DNA of 61,190 bases, counting the filler, from Sphacelaria rigidula (Eukaryota): NCBI GenBank assembly GCA_964200075.2. It is 9 parts of 9 records of this genome, joined end to end, with 100 filler letters (N's around TTAATTAATTAA, not from the genome) between each part and the next. Parts side by side here need not be neighbours in the genome. Positions count along the whole stretch, not along the records: positions 34,053 to 40,762 come from CAXNAA020018476.1; positions 40,863 to 47,572 come from CAXNAA020018477.1; positions 47,673 to 54,381 come from CAXNAA020018478.1; 6 more parts are not named here. One strand, 5' to 3'. Position numbers and translations under genes: made by a program. Position 1 is the first letter of the stretch. Each line of letters begins with the position of its first letter. The notes beneath the pieces were generated by a model. That model made no database searches, was not told the DNA's origin, and saw nothing but the letters and a program-made list of their open reading frames with translations. Of the stretch, positions 39,639 to 51,149 are shown piece by piece.

Positions 39639-39887
39639 TATAGCCTCTGCCAGACGATCTGGACACCAACGAGGGACTCCTCCGGTAGCACTGGCCTCGT
39701 GCTCGACAAGTCCTTTCTTCTAACTTGTTATTTTCACGGAGTGATCCTCTACAGACTACATCACGAGCCAGACAGCAAGGGTCCACACAGATAGGGGTCA
39801 TCAATCCAGGATCCCCTGTCCCCTGCAACTGCTCCAATCATGCATGCGATTATACTGAAACCTACGGCTTGGTGTCATTTGGGTACA
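39639..39887 (-). repeat. 5' LTR of the Gypsy element
   Basis: Direct repeat of 35177-35408 with substitutions and indels. Confidence 0.92.
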
Positions 39888-40762
39888 GCACCTACACACT
39901 AGGATTGAGAGATGTACCCTGATGAACGTGATCATATCAAAGCTGGAATATGCAGAAGTATGGGAGGGGGACGTGAAGTTGGTGATGAAGTTAGAAGCAG
40001 TGCAGATGGCAGCAGCTACTAAGATGCTTGGACGCTGGAAAACGACGAGTAATACAGCACTGAGAGCAGAGTTGGGAATGTACTCACTTAAAACAGAGAC
40101 ATGAGGGAATGGAGGTGGCAATATAGTGTACAGCACATGCAGAAAAACAGATTGCCAGCTATAGTTGATAAGGCTGTATGGAAGAATACTACGATAGGGC
40201 ATGCTATAAGGTGGGATAGAGAAGTCGACGGAGTATGGAAGTAGATAGGAGGAAAACAAGACGAAACACTGTCCATAGGTGAAGGCGCGGGGTACAAGAC
40301 AAAAGTATGAGATATTATAGAAATAAGGGTAAAAGGAGCGCTCAGACGCAGAGTAGACGAGGCAAAACACCTGGAGATATACGGGTGGTTGGGAGAGGGG
40401 ATCGGGATGGAAACGTGTATACATGGCCCCATGAACGCGATTAAATAATTGAAACTGCGATTTCGGGTGGGGGACCTGGACCTGCCAGATAGAAGAAAGA
40501 GATGAACCAGTCGTCGTGTGGAGAAGGAAGTAGATGGACAGAACTAGCTCTGTGGCAAAGGAATAGAGAGCAGAAGTCATACAGTGGCAGAATGTGAACT
40601 ATACAAGGAGGAACGGGACGTGCTAGAAGGGGAAAGGTGGGAAGTGAACAAACGTGGCATGAAATGGTTTGATGCATTAGACAGTAGCGAGAAAACGATG
40701 GTTATGCTAGGAGATAGATGATGGCCAGAGACAGCGAAACAGAACGGGGATAAGATATGTAA
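39888..40762 (+). mobile_element. LINE ORF2 pseudogene, 3' part (continuation of 34150-35176)
   Basis: Removing the Gypsy and one TSD restores LRDSHLHTRI..LMNVIISKLEYAEVW; later LKLRFRVGDLDLP. Confidence 0.9.
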
Positions 40763-42339
40763 NNNNNNNNNNNNNNNNNNNNNNNNNNNNNNNNNNNNNN
40801 NNNNNNTTAATTAATTAANNNNNNNNNNNNNNNNNNNNNNNNNNNNNNNNNNNNNNNNNNNNGGATGAGATAAGGGGCTCCTAACAATTCTAATCTCAGA
40901 AATTATTTTTTTACCCCTACCGTAGCATAACTCCCTTAGAGTGTGACCGTCTTCGATTGACGCCGCGGATGATGAATTATAATTCCAGTACAATGCCTCC
41001 ATAACATTGAAAAGGAACAGCACTGTATTACGCTGCATAATTGTGCACAGCAGCAGCAGTCTGTAGTGTTTTGTGCCGCAGCTCCACGTACCTTCTACAG
41101 CGTACTAGATTTTACAGGCTTGCACGTGTTGAGGGTACACAGCGTGCGTGTGTGGTTTTGCACCATGACTACCGCTGCGAACACGCTTACAGCACGTGCC
41201 GCGCTCATTGGCGCAGCTTCACTTGGGCTTTCGTTACTTCTCTCAGGGGCACCTGAGAGTTATCCGTGTGAAAAATAAAGAAATGGCGGTGGTGGTGGTG
41301 GTGATCCCCTGTCGTTTCACGGGCTAAACTCTTGCACTTTTTCAAATCAAATGTCCTTCACGCTAGAAACCACCTCATTACGCATCTAAAGGTAGTATGA
41401 GGATCCGCACGAAGTTTCAGGTCATTTCGTCCTCCCTGGGTTGAGGTTGACCCATGGCTGCTAATGCGGCTGTGCCCGGTGCCCGGCGCTCCACGGGCAG
41501 TGGGTCGGAGAGATGTATTACACGCGCACAAAAATTTTGGGATAGTAGATCTCTGTCAATACGGAAGCAAAGTAAACGAATGACATATCAAATTAAAGAT
41601 CTCCTTAATCACAAATACACCCACACGTGTGTTTTTGTCACCGTTTCCTGTGCGTTCAGGAACTGTGGCCTATCGTCCCAGGGGTTATACGCTACATGCA
41701 TTTCGTATACTCCCTCGAACCTTTTTTTCAGAATTCCAGGAAACTTCCGAATCTGTATTTATCCGACAAAATTGGGTGTTTGCGCGGATGAAACTCGGGT
41801 TTGGTCCTGAAGTTCAGAGCAATATTCATCTGTCACCCTACTTCGGTTAAACAACTAGCTTTTGAAGACCTCACCGACTATGGTGATGGGAAGACCAGAT
41901 TTGGGTGTTGGGCCAGGTTGGGCTCGGTCTTTCCTATTGGCCAGCAATCTCAAGTCCGCTTGATCTTTACCTGTACGGTGTTTTGGGAAGCACAGTTTCC
42001 CACAAAGTCCGCAGCAAAAAGACCGTTTTGATCTTCCCTCGGTTTGATTTTTTAGATCTTCATGCTATTGGTCGGTAGACCCGAAGGGTTTTTCGTCCTC
42101 CCGGCACATACCACACCAGCTCTATCATCGCGCGTAGGGCGTACACCACACCATACGCCGGAGATGGTTGGTGTGACATTGGTGTTCACATGAATTCAGC
42201 ACAGCAGCATATGCACAAAGAAAGAGTGTTGAGCACAACTTGACACAGACAGCGAGTAGCACGAACAACATGAGACAAACGTGACGTGTATCTGGCTTGC
42301 ATGGAAGTTCAGAGAAGAAGGAAGGAAGCATGCGATACA

Positions 42340-44140
42340 GCAGGACACGTTTTTCGGCTCACCACCTCCCACAGATAAGGCTGAGTCGAGGTGACTTGAA
42401 AGATTTTCGCGCAAACCGCGATTATGGCCGGGCGTTTGAAAATCGGCCCTCGGCAAAAATTGAGGAACCATCTGAAATGAGGGGAAGACCTATCACATTG
42501 GACATGTGCTGTTTCACCGTCCTGCAGCACAAACATACTCACGCTCTCTCTCATGTGCTGTAGCTGTCACTTTTGCTGTGGTGTGTTCGGACCTTTGCGA
42601 AGACGGTTTGATCTCCGCTGGGACTGCGTCAGCGGCCTTACTGTTGTAACTACATTGGTCTTTTCAGAAAATTAGCGAAATTATGTTTTTCGGCAGGCAG
42701 TGCTGTATACACACTACCGTTGTCGGTGTTGGCTATTTCGTCTCACGTCAAAGGAACAAGGCTCTTCCCACACCCATCATTTTTACGCTGTATTCAGTTG
42801 TCGTTGTACTGTTGTGCATTCAAGCACTCTACGACGAACATGGCGTGATGTGCGCTGGAGAGGGTCTGAACAGTTGTACTGCTGTATGCCGTGTTTCGGT
42901 TTGCACATTATTTGGGCGGGATCAAGATGCTGTGCACAAAGTTGACATTATTACGTGACGACTGTGCAGCTGGTCTTTGGTAGTTCAGTTGTAGTCGGGT
43001 GCTGGAGTCAGAAATGACACGCAAGGTGGACGCGTGCAGGTTGAGGCAATCTAACTGAGCCAGCACGGAGCTGCTGTATCCCAAGCGGTTGATGATAGCA
43101 GCTGTCAGCCTTGATGCCCCATTATTTACCTTATTTCAGATGGCTCCTCTTTTTTTGACGAGCGCCGATTTTTGAACGCTCGGCGATGATCGCGCTTCGC
43201 GCCAAAATCTTGTACCTCACCTCGAGTCATCCTTATCTGTGGGAGGCGCAGGGCGAGCCAAATTTTCAGACAGTCGTGCAGAGGTTCATCACTGTTTTTT
43301 TAAAACGTTGGACAAACAGTGTTGCCCAAGGTCGGCCTCCCGAGCAGCGCGTACCCTGTTGTGCTGGACAGTGTTGGAGAGTTGGTAGGTGCATAGCGAG
43401 GGACGCTTGAAGCTATGCCGAGAGCAGAAAGCGGCGCGGATCTGCTGTAATCGCCCCCAACAGCCGGGGAAGGAAAGCATATCACAAGGTCATGGCGCAC
43501 CCTCAACAACAGTAGACTACATGAAAAGAAGTGTACTGTGTACAGTGCAGGAGCGGAAAAACTGTTTCTTCGGTACGTCGTACACTTGTTTTCCGATGTA
43601 GGCCGTGACCTCGGGAGTTGCTCCAATCTCAGAAGCAGTCAGAAAACTTGATATGAAGCCGCATGTCTCTGTAAGCGCTTTGGGGGCCCAAAATGACACA
43701 CTGCGGTTTTACGTTGTTCGTGCTAATCGTTGTTGTGTACAGTCAGTACTGTCTGTTGGGTGTGCTCCAGTCAGCTGACTATCAGACCACCTCCCACAGT
43801 TAGGGATACTATAACTCAAAGTGAATATGAATCATTTTCGCGCGAAGCGCAAATATAGCCCAGCGTTTTAAAACCGGCACTCGGCCAAAATCGAGCCCAC
43901 TCGAAATCAGGGGAAGACCTACCGCATGGGACATGTCCTGTATCACTGTACTGCAGCACAAACACACTCATGCGCTGTCTCTTGTGCTGTAGTTGTCGCT
44001 GCGTTGTGGTGTCTCCAGGTCTTTTGAAGACGGTTTGGTCTCCGCTGGGACTAGGTGCGTGAGTTGCTTCATTACTGTCGTGGCGTTCGTCTCTTCGAAA
44101 AATAACACTGTCGGCACGCAGTGCTCTCTAGACACTCTGT
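42340..44140. repeat. Modular dispersed repeats: direct 42360-42720 vs 43785-44140, inverted 43130-43245
   Basis: ACCACCTCCCACAG...GGGGAAGACCTA...GCAGCACAAACA.ACTCA...GAAGACGGTTTG blocks recur. Confidence 0.75.
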
Positions 44141-47100
44141 TGGCACCTTCATGGTGTGTTGGCTACTGCGTCTCGAGTCCAACGGACAAGGCGCATCCCA
44201 AACCCAAAATAATTTAATTCTGTAGTTTTCGCTGTGCTGTCGTGTATCTAAACAGTTTACGATGACCACGGTGCGATATGCGCTGGAGAGTTTCTGGACA
44301 GTTGAAGTGCTGCATGAGGTGTTTCGGTCTGGACAGAGTTGGGGTGGGACCAAAGTACTTATCGCCCCTTGGAGGAATCATACTTGGTTTGGGACTGAAC
44401 ACGGATAATACACTTTACGATACGACATACTGTAGTGAGCGTGCATCGTTCCGCACTGAACACAGTCTACTGCACGCTACTGGTGTCTCTGGTTATTCTT
44501 CCACAAAAATACTACAGTGTGAAGCTATGTTGGTAACACAAGACGAGGGGTCAAGCAGGCGGTATGCTCTACAAACTTGATTGTTGTGCTTTCAGATGTC
44601 TTTGCACGTATTATGCGCCTCCTACGGTGTCAACTATCTTGCGCATCCGCTTTGCCTGCGATAAAACCGTGCGTAGAGACTTCTCACCTGTTCTGTTTTT
44701 GCTATGTTTACATACTAGTACTTGGCCTTTCAGTGTCTTCCTTGTTTTCTCTTGGCTTTCCGCTTTCCACCTCTTGTCGTAGGACTCAAGTCGCACATTT
44801 TCCTATCTTGTGTCGGATGTGGCGTGCACGCAGGAAGACCACTTGTAGTGAGACACAACTTGTTCTTGTGCTGTAGCTTTTGGTGCTGCATGTAGTCATA
44901 CACTACTTCAGCCGTTGTCGGTCCTGTGTTTGACTACACGCAGCACGTTGCTGCTTATCATAGGGTCTGGTTAACACGCGACTTGAATACATATGTATGC
45001 ACTTCGTCTATACTGCGGGGATCGCATCTGCCTGAGACTTTTTCCTCAGCTCTTTCCTTGCATCGGTTTTCCTTTGCCCTACTGCTCTTTGCGCCAACAC
45101 ACTTCCAATAATGCTCACCACCTTCCTATCTACCTATTCTTTTCGGACACCATCGCCGCATATCTGCTACCACCACCTCTCCTCATAATAATATCCGACC
45201 GGGTACATATCATTTTTCATTTTCCTTTTATTAGCATAGACTACATCCCTCTTCTTCTCCCTACACTCTACACCGGACGATTCAAGGGGTGAAGGGGGGG
45301 CGGGGGGACACTGAGATAACAGCACGCCGCCTGCCACGAGCGTGCCTTTCCAATGAGGACTATTTGGCGCTATTTATGAGCGCAGGTAGCTAAACGACTA
45401 AAGGAATATAGGTTTGGTGGGTACCTCCACGAGTGTCCTGACTCAAAATGCAGGGCAGTAGTGTGTTACCATAAAGAAGCAAGGGCGCTTGTGCCCGAAG
45501 GAATGCTCCAATTAAGGAGCAGTGTCGTGATACAGTAATTAGAGACACCATAGTACGAGCTACAACAAGATACTTTTCGATGGTTAACGTATCGTGAAGG
45601 CGGGGGCAGCCTGCTGTCTCTACTATGTAAAGCAATGTGTCGGTGTGGAAGCAGAGAAAATTATGCATACAGTCAATGCTGTGCTGCGGCGCAATGTCAA
45701 AGAGGTAAAAACGAGGACAGCCTACTGTACTCTTGAAAACAATGTGTCGGTGAAAGCAGAGAGAAATATTTGTGAATTGCCACAACTACCTGAGCTGTTG
45801 GGGGGGCGCAACGAACAACCGGGGGCAACCAGCAACTGAAAGGCTGAATATGGCAGAGACGCGTACTGTCGCGATTGCAAAGTGTCTCGGAAATGTTTAG
45901 CCGAGACATGTTCAATATATGAAAATATCACAGCTGTCTGAGCTGCGGAATTCTAAAAATCGCATTTTTGCTTGTACGGCGGGGCTCAAAAGATGTGCGA
46001 AGCACACTGGAAGGACAAGAAAATAAGTCAAAAGTTGACGTCGTTTGCAGCACAGCGAAGATGCCAGAGCGGGTACAAGTCTCGTGTACAGTTGTTTGCA
46101 GTCACCTGGTATGGGGAAAGGGGTGTGTTAAGAAGGGGGGGGCGTGTAAAAAAGGCCAAATATTGTGCGAACAGGCGATACCAAAGTGCGGAAACCGCCG
46201 GGTTGCCTGCTGGTAAGAGTAATAGCAACGAAGGGCAACAAAGGAGAATACGACGAACACAAGACGAAGCAACACAGGGAGGCGGGAAAAAACGGAGGGA
46301 GACGTCCATTAGCGTGAACTGGCGCGATCATATAATAGAAAACAGAGAGTGTTTTTTAGAGCAGGAGCAGCAGCAGAGGGTGTACCGACGATGCACCCTG
46401 TGCGGTGTTTCCTGTAACAAATTGATAGGGGAAAAATTCTCCCGTCTGAAAAGAACGAGCAACAGGGCAAAGTATTCAAACCAGCGATGCTTGAGTGTGC
46501 GGCCCTGTCTGCACTGGGCGACCAGAGATATTTTTGTGCAGGTTCGGGAAAGGAAGCACGCACATATTGTGCAGGAACGGATTTGCGAAAAATGCACAGC
46601 AAAGAGGGGGGGGTTGACGCGTTTGGCGTCGCAGTTAACGCAGCGTGGAGCAAGGCGTACAAGCAAACGCTGCAGCAAGCAGCAAGAGTCGCAAGTCGCA
46701 AGCAAAATGGACAGAGTAACACAGGGGGGGGAGCTTTACAGTAGCAACCAACTGACTATACTGAGCTGAGTAGAATTTGACTACGCAACAAAACGAAGGC
46801 CGGAAATGAAAACTTGTCGAGTGTGGACCGCGCGCACTAGATGCGACAACAGAGAGGACAATCTGTTGTGAAGTGTAAACACAATGTCGAAAGAAGAGAC
46901 TCTTTACTCAAACGCCAGTGTAATGGGGTTAGGCTGTGTGCATGGCAAGACGCCTTACTGCGCAAGGTAAGAGGACCAAACAAGAGGCCTAACTACCAAG
47001 TTGTAAGAACAATGTTTTCGTGAGATTGAGAGTAGAGGATGCGACTGAGAGTAAAAAGCGATAGAATCGTAGTGAATTAATCGCTTCAGTTCCGAAATTC

Positions 47101-48149
47101 CCCTCCACGAGGCCCGATATGCTTTCTGTGGTAGCTGGCCACTGAGGCTCTTGATGTCCCTGAGTAGGATATCGACGTGTAGCCGTAAGCACAAACCAGT
47201 CTTGGAGGCAAAGAAAAGCACACGCGGAATGAAAAATTGGCTAAAACAGCCTGGATTCGTTTTTGAGGTTCAACATTTTATTGAGGTTTAAAAGGCTCTG
47301 GAGTCGCAAGCGGTTTCGACCATGTGCCCCTAACCCAGAAGTTTCTGCACTACGGCGAAAGGATGATGGTGTGCAGTCCAACCGAAAAGTCGCCCTCATT
47401 CATTGTACCGCATCTATCAAGCAACCCTTGCGTCTAAGCGCCACGGAACACGTAACAAAGCATGTTGTAAACATACTTCTTTGGACTAGTCATCGAGTTT
47501 TCCAGCGCCTCTTGTTGTGTATGACACTTTCTACGATAGCCCCCCCCCCAAAAGTGCATGGTTTTGGGAGGCNNNNNNNNNNNNNNNNNNNNNNNNNNNN
47601 NNNNNNNNNNNNNNNNTTAATTAATTAANNNNNNNNNNNNNNNNNNNNNNNNNNNNNNNNNNNNNNNNNNNNGCAAGTGTTAATCGGTGATGCATTGTAC
47701 TTGAAGTTTGCAGCCGCGGGTTTTTGTTTGTTTTTGGGCGGGGGGGGGGGGGTTGTGTTGTGTTTTCCTCTTCGATATCAAGATGCATGGGAGGGGCTTG
47801 AACACTCCTTGTTTTTTTTTTCTGTCGAAGATCAAGATGGGGTGGAGAGTATGGAACTCATGGTTGATGGCCACGATGTTTAGTACGTATATATATATAT
47901 ATATATATATGGCAGATGCGTCGTACACCACGGTTCTCAACGGTTTGAATGGGTCTACGGGATGATCTAGGGGTTGCGAATTGTTGGCAGTATTACTCAT
48001 AGTATCGTACTGAGGCCGGCGTCTATTCATTCTCTTGTTTAGGGGGGGGGAGGGGGGGATATGCATGTTCGTATCATGTCCTTCAAGCGCCAGCATCATT
48101 TGATGCAATACCAGGAAGCACACACGACATAATAAACTGCAAGGAGATC

Positions 48150-49409
48150 TTATTATTCACCCCCACGGGTTGGACACATTGACACCTGTCCAAATTCGGG
48201 ACCTTGTGCAAGGTACCCTGCGGAGCCTGACACGTTGCCAAATGCGGATAACCTACCTTGCCAGGGCAGGTTGAGGCAAGGTGCCGTCAAGGTCCTGGCG
48301 CCTGCTCCCAGTGGCCACCTGTGTGGCCGACCAATGCGCCGCTAATTCCACTTGACGCCACAGCTGCGCAAGCTGCGCAGACGAAGACGCCCCGGCAGGT
48401 TCAAACGGCACCGCCGATGGGTATGACCCCCAGCCAGCAGACCAAGAATTTGGCGAACCTTCGGCCAGCGTGTCAGTAGGCGTCGCGCGCTGGTGCTGCT
48501 GCTAGTGTCGCCGCCGGCGCCACCACCGGCGCCTGCGCAGTGTTCGGCACTGTATAAGCCGGTTCCACCTGCACCGGCCGTTGCGCAGCAGCAACACCTA
48601 CGGCGGCGCCGGACCCATACCCAGGCCCATGCTGACGCCGTTGCCCATGCCGCTGTTGCTGCTGCTGCTGTTGCTACTGCTGCTGCTGCGAGCTCGCCTG
48701 CGACCCTTCATCGCCGGGGGATCCGCCGCCGCCACCACGATTACCTTGTCTTTTCCCCTTGTGCTGACGATGCTGATGGCGCGCGGCATGAGACTGCCCA
48801 GACTCTCCACCGGAAGACGTTGGGCAATCGCGCGCGTATTGACCGACCTGACCACAACAGTGGCAAGTGCCCACCGCATGCCCAGCATGCTTTTTGATCG
48901 CCGCAACCAATTGCAGCAGGGTGATCGTGATCTCTTTGTGCTCAAAACGTGCAACCACTCTCTGCACCTAAGTTGGCACTTGTTGAGCCATCGACACCAC
49001 CTGATGACGCATGGCACCCCCTGCGTTAGCGTGCTTCACGCGATTCTTGTACTCAATGTACTTCGTAATAAAAGCGCCCAGACTCACTCCGCCGAGATCC
49101 TTTCCAGCAGGTTGCAATCACTAACACTAGCACTAGCACTAATATCGATATTGTGACGCCAGCCAGTGGAAGCACTGTTGGATCACTGCTGCTGAGGGAC
49201 TCCTCAGTCTCACTGGCCTCAGTTTCCGTTGTCAGCCTTTACAACTTTCTCATTATTTAGGATTGCCCTTCCAGGGCACCAGCTTTCTAGACCTGCAGAT
49301 ACCTTCTCCGTGTCCCCGGTCATTATCCAGAACCTTCCAGAATCTCGGTGCCCCTAGTCATTATCCATATCATCACTACCAACTCCACGCACGACATTGT
49401 TTCGTCACA
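48150..49409 (-). mobile_element. 5' remnant of a second Gypsy element (LTR plus gag)
   Basis: 258-bp LTR 49152-49409 with TGTGACG...CGTCACA ends, sharing GAGGGACTCCTC and CACTGGCCTC with the 39639 LTR; gag-like frame with CHCCGQVGQYARDCP knuckle. Confidence 0.8.
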
Positions 49410-50785
49410 GGTTCCAGTCTCCACCTTCTGGCAGCTATGGACAACTACTACACGCCAGTAGGTGATCCAATTTGAATTCTGATAGCCGGCATGTTGGGGT
49501 TCTACGTGGAGAATAGAAATGGGGAGTTGAGGTGATCCAATCGGATCCCCCCAATTCCCCGAAATTTGTTCGTCACCCAGGACCTCAACATTTCGGTTAT
49601 CGAAATCCAAACTTGTAGAGCGTGTAGCAGTTGTCAATAGTTACCAGCAGGTGAAGAAATGGAATCATACTTCGAAGATTTGGTATGGATACGAAGATTG
49701 TTGATAGCACCGCGACTAGTTTGGGCGCCGTGCTCGTCCTTCGAGGGTTCCTTTTTCACGGAAAGTCGGGGAAGGCATGGCACGGGTGAAATTCGCGCGC
49801 AAACGATCTAGCACGGGCACATTGCATCTCAACTCCCACCGGCGGCGTACCGTTATTTTTATTTTTAGTGCTTACGTCACATTAGCTCAATTCCTTGAAC
49901 ACTCTAGTTCGATCCCTCCGACCCGTGGTCATGACCATAAAACCAAGAGTTGACAGAGGAGGTCTTTACTCAAAAGCGGTATAAAACACGATTGAGTCCG
50001 CACTAACCGATCGAACTGAAAAGGAACACTCTGCGAGCTGAAAAATTGCCGGCGTGCGATCTGGATGATCAACTTGCCCCCTACTGCTGTATAGACGTGT
50101 AGTAACAGCAAACGCATGAATCGAAATGTCGCAGGAAACAAGAACCAGCCCCTGATAGACCTAGTAATGTTAGAAAAGATCCCAGGTTCAAGGAAGAAAG
50201 GAAATGGCTTCATCACCGAAGCATCAATTGTAACATCAACTGGCCTGACTCAACATCAATATCAAGCGACTTGATCACCCTGTTACTAGTTCAATGGAAC
50301 TTCCCTGAGCTAATGCAAGTTGGAGAAACTTGATCTTCCCGCCCTGAAATCAGATAGTTCGTCATGTTTCAACTAGCTCTACATAAAACTCAGGACACTC
50401 CTCCCCCCCCACCCCCCCTTCTTGGACCCCAAAAGCGCAGGGAAAAGAAAAGAGTAGGCACGGTTGGTGGAAATCGATTTCACCACGTTCCTGTACGAGC
50501 AAACAAAGATGAAGCTTAGGCACAGAAGACGACACAAAGCCGAAAGAAACGAAGCCCGAAATGAGAAGAAACGAAGCCGCTAAAAAGTCACAGATGCTGC
50601 CGCGAGCTGACGTGAATGATGTCGGATGTGTAGAAGTTAGTCATGTATTGAATGTAGGCATCTGGTTTAAGAGCGCATTGCAGTAGAAAGAAGGTAGGCA
50701 AGGGGCAGAGGGAAGGAACGACGAGACGTGAACAAGCGTGGAGGCTGTTCAATCGATCATGCCGGGATTCGAATCGGGCATATTT

Positions 50786-50865
50786 TGTTCAGGAAGCGAA
50801 CAGTTTATCCATTGAACCGGTGAGCGCTCACTGCTTCAATGGATAAACTGTTCGCTTCCTGAACA
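50786..50865. other. 80-bp near-perfect palindrome; pre-miRNA-like hairpin candidate
   Basis: 31-bp perfect outer arms TGTTCAGGAAGCGAACAGTTTATCCATTGAA; only two mismatched positions over the 40-bp arms. Confidence 0.85.
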
Positions 50866-51149
50866 GAGGCTGGCAGTTGCACGAAGACATGTTGAAAGCA
50901 GAAAAAAATGTCATCACCGATAAAACCAAGCACTACTAGAGAGTTTCGGAAGATGATTTCATTCATCATAGGGTCAGAATCCAGAGAGGAAGCTTCGAAA
51001 CTTCACAGTGGACGATAAAAGGATCATAGCGGTAGCTAATGTGACGTGACTTGACGTGATTTTGTTTTGTCGCAGTGATTGCCCGCAGGTCGCCCCGCCA
51101 AATGTACGATCGACCAGCATCCACTTCAACAGATGGGATGACAGTTTTG

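Larger units (their letters stand above)
35177..39887 (-). mobile_element. Ty3/Gypsy chromodomain LTR retrotransposon, decayed, inserted in the LINE
   Basis: LTRs 35177-35408 and 39639-39887; TSD GAAC/GCAC; gag knuckle CYNCGDTGHLMKD; protease VILDSES; RT start FRLVSDYQAVN; integrase VHFDFLYV / WVTDTATHF / CERMVKE; chromodomain-like LVDWDGFG; PPT next to 35408. Confidence 0.95.

Noticed and set aside
45972..46769. Fanzor/TnpB-like nuclease (CxxC...CxxC)
   Set aside because: No RuvC motifs (no RDxNA/D-E-D pattern) could be found.
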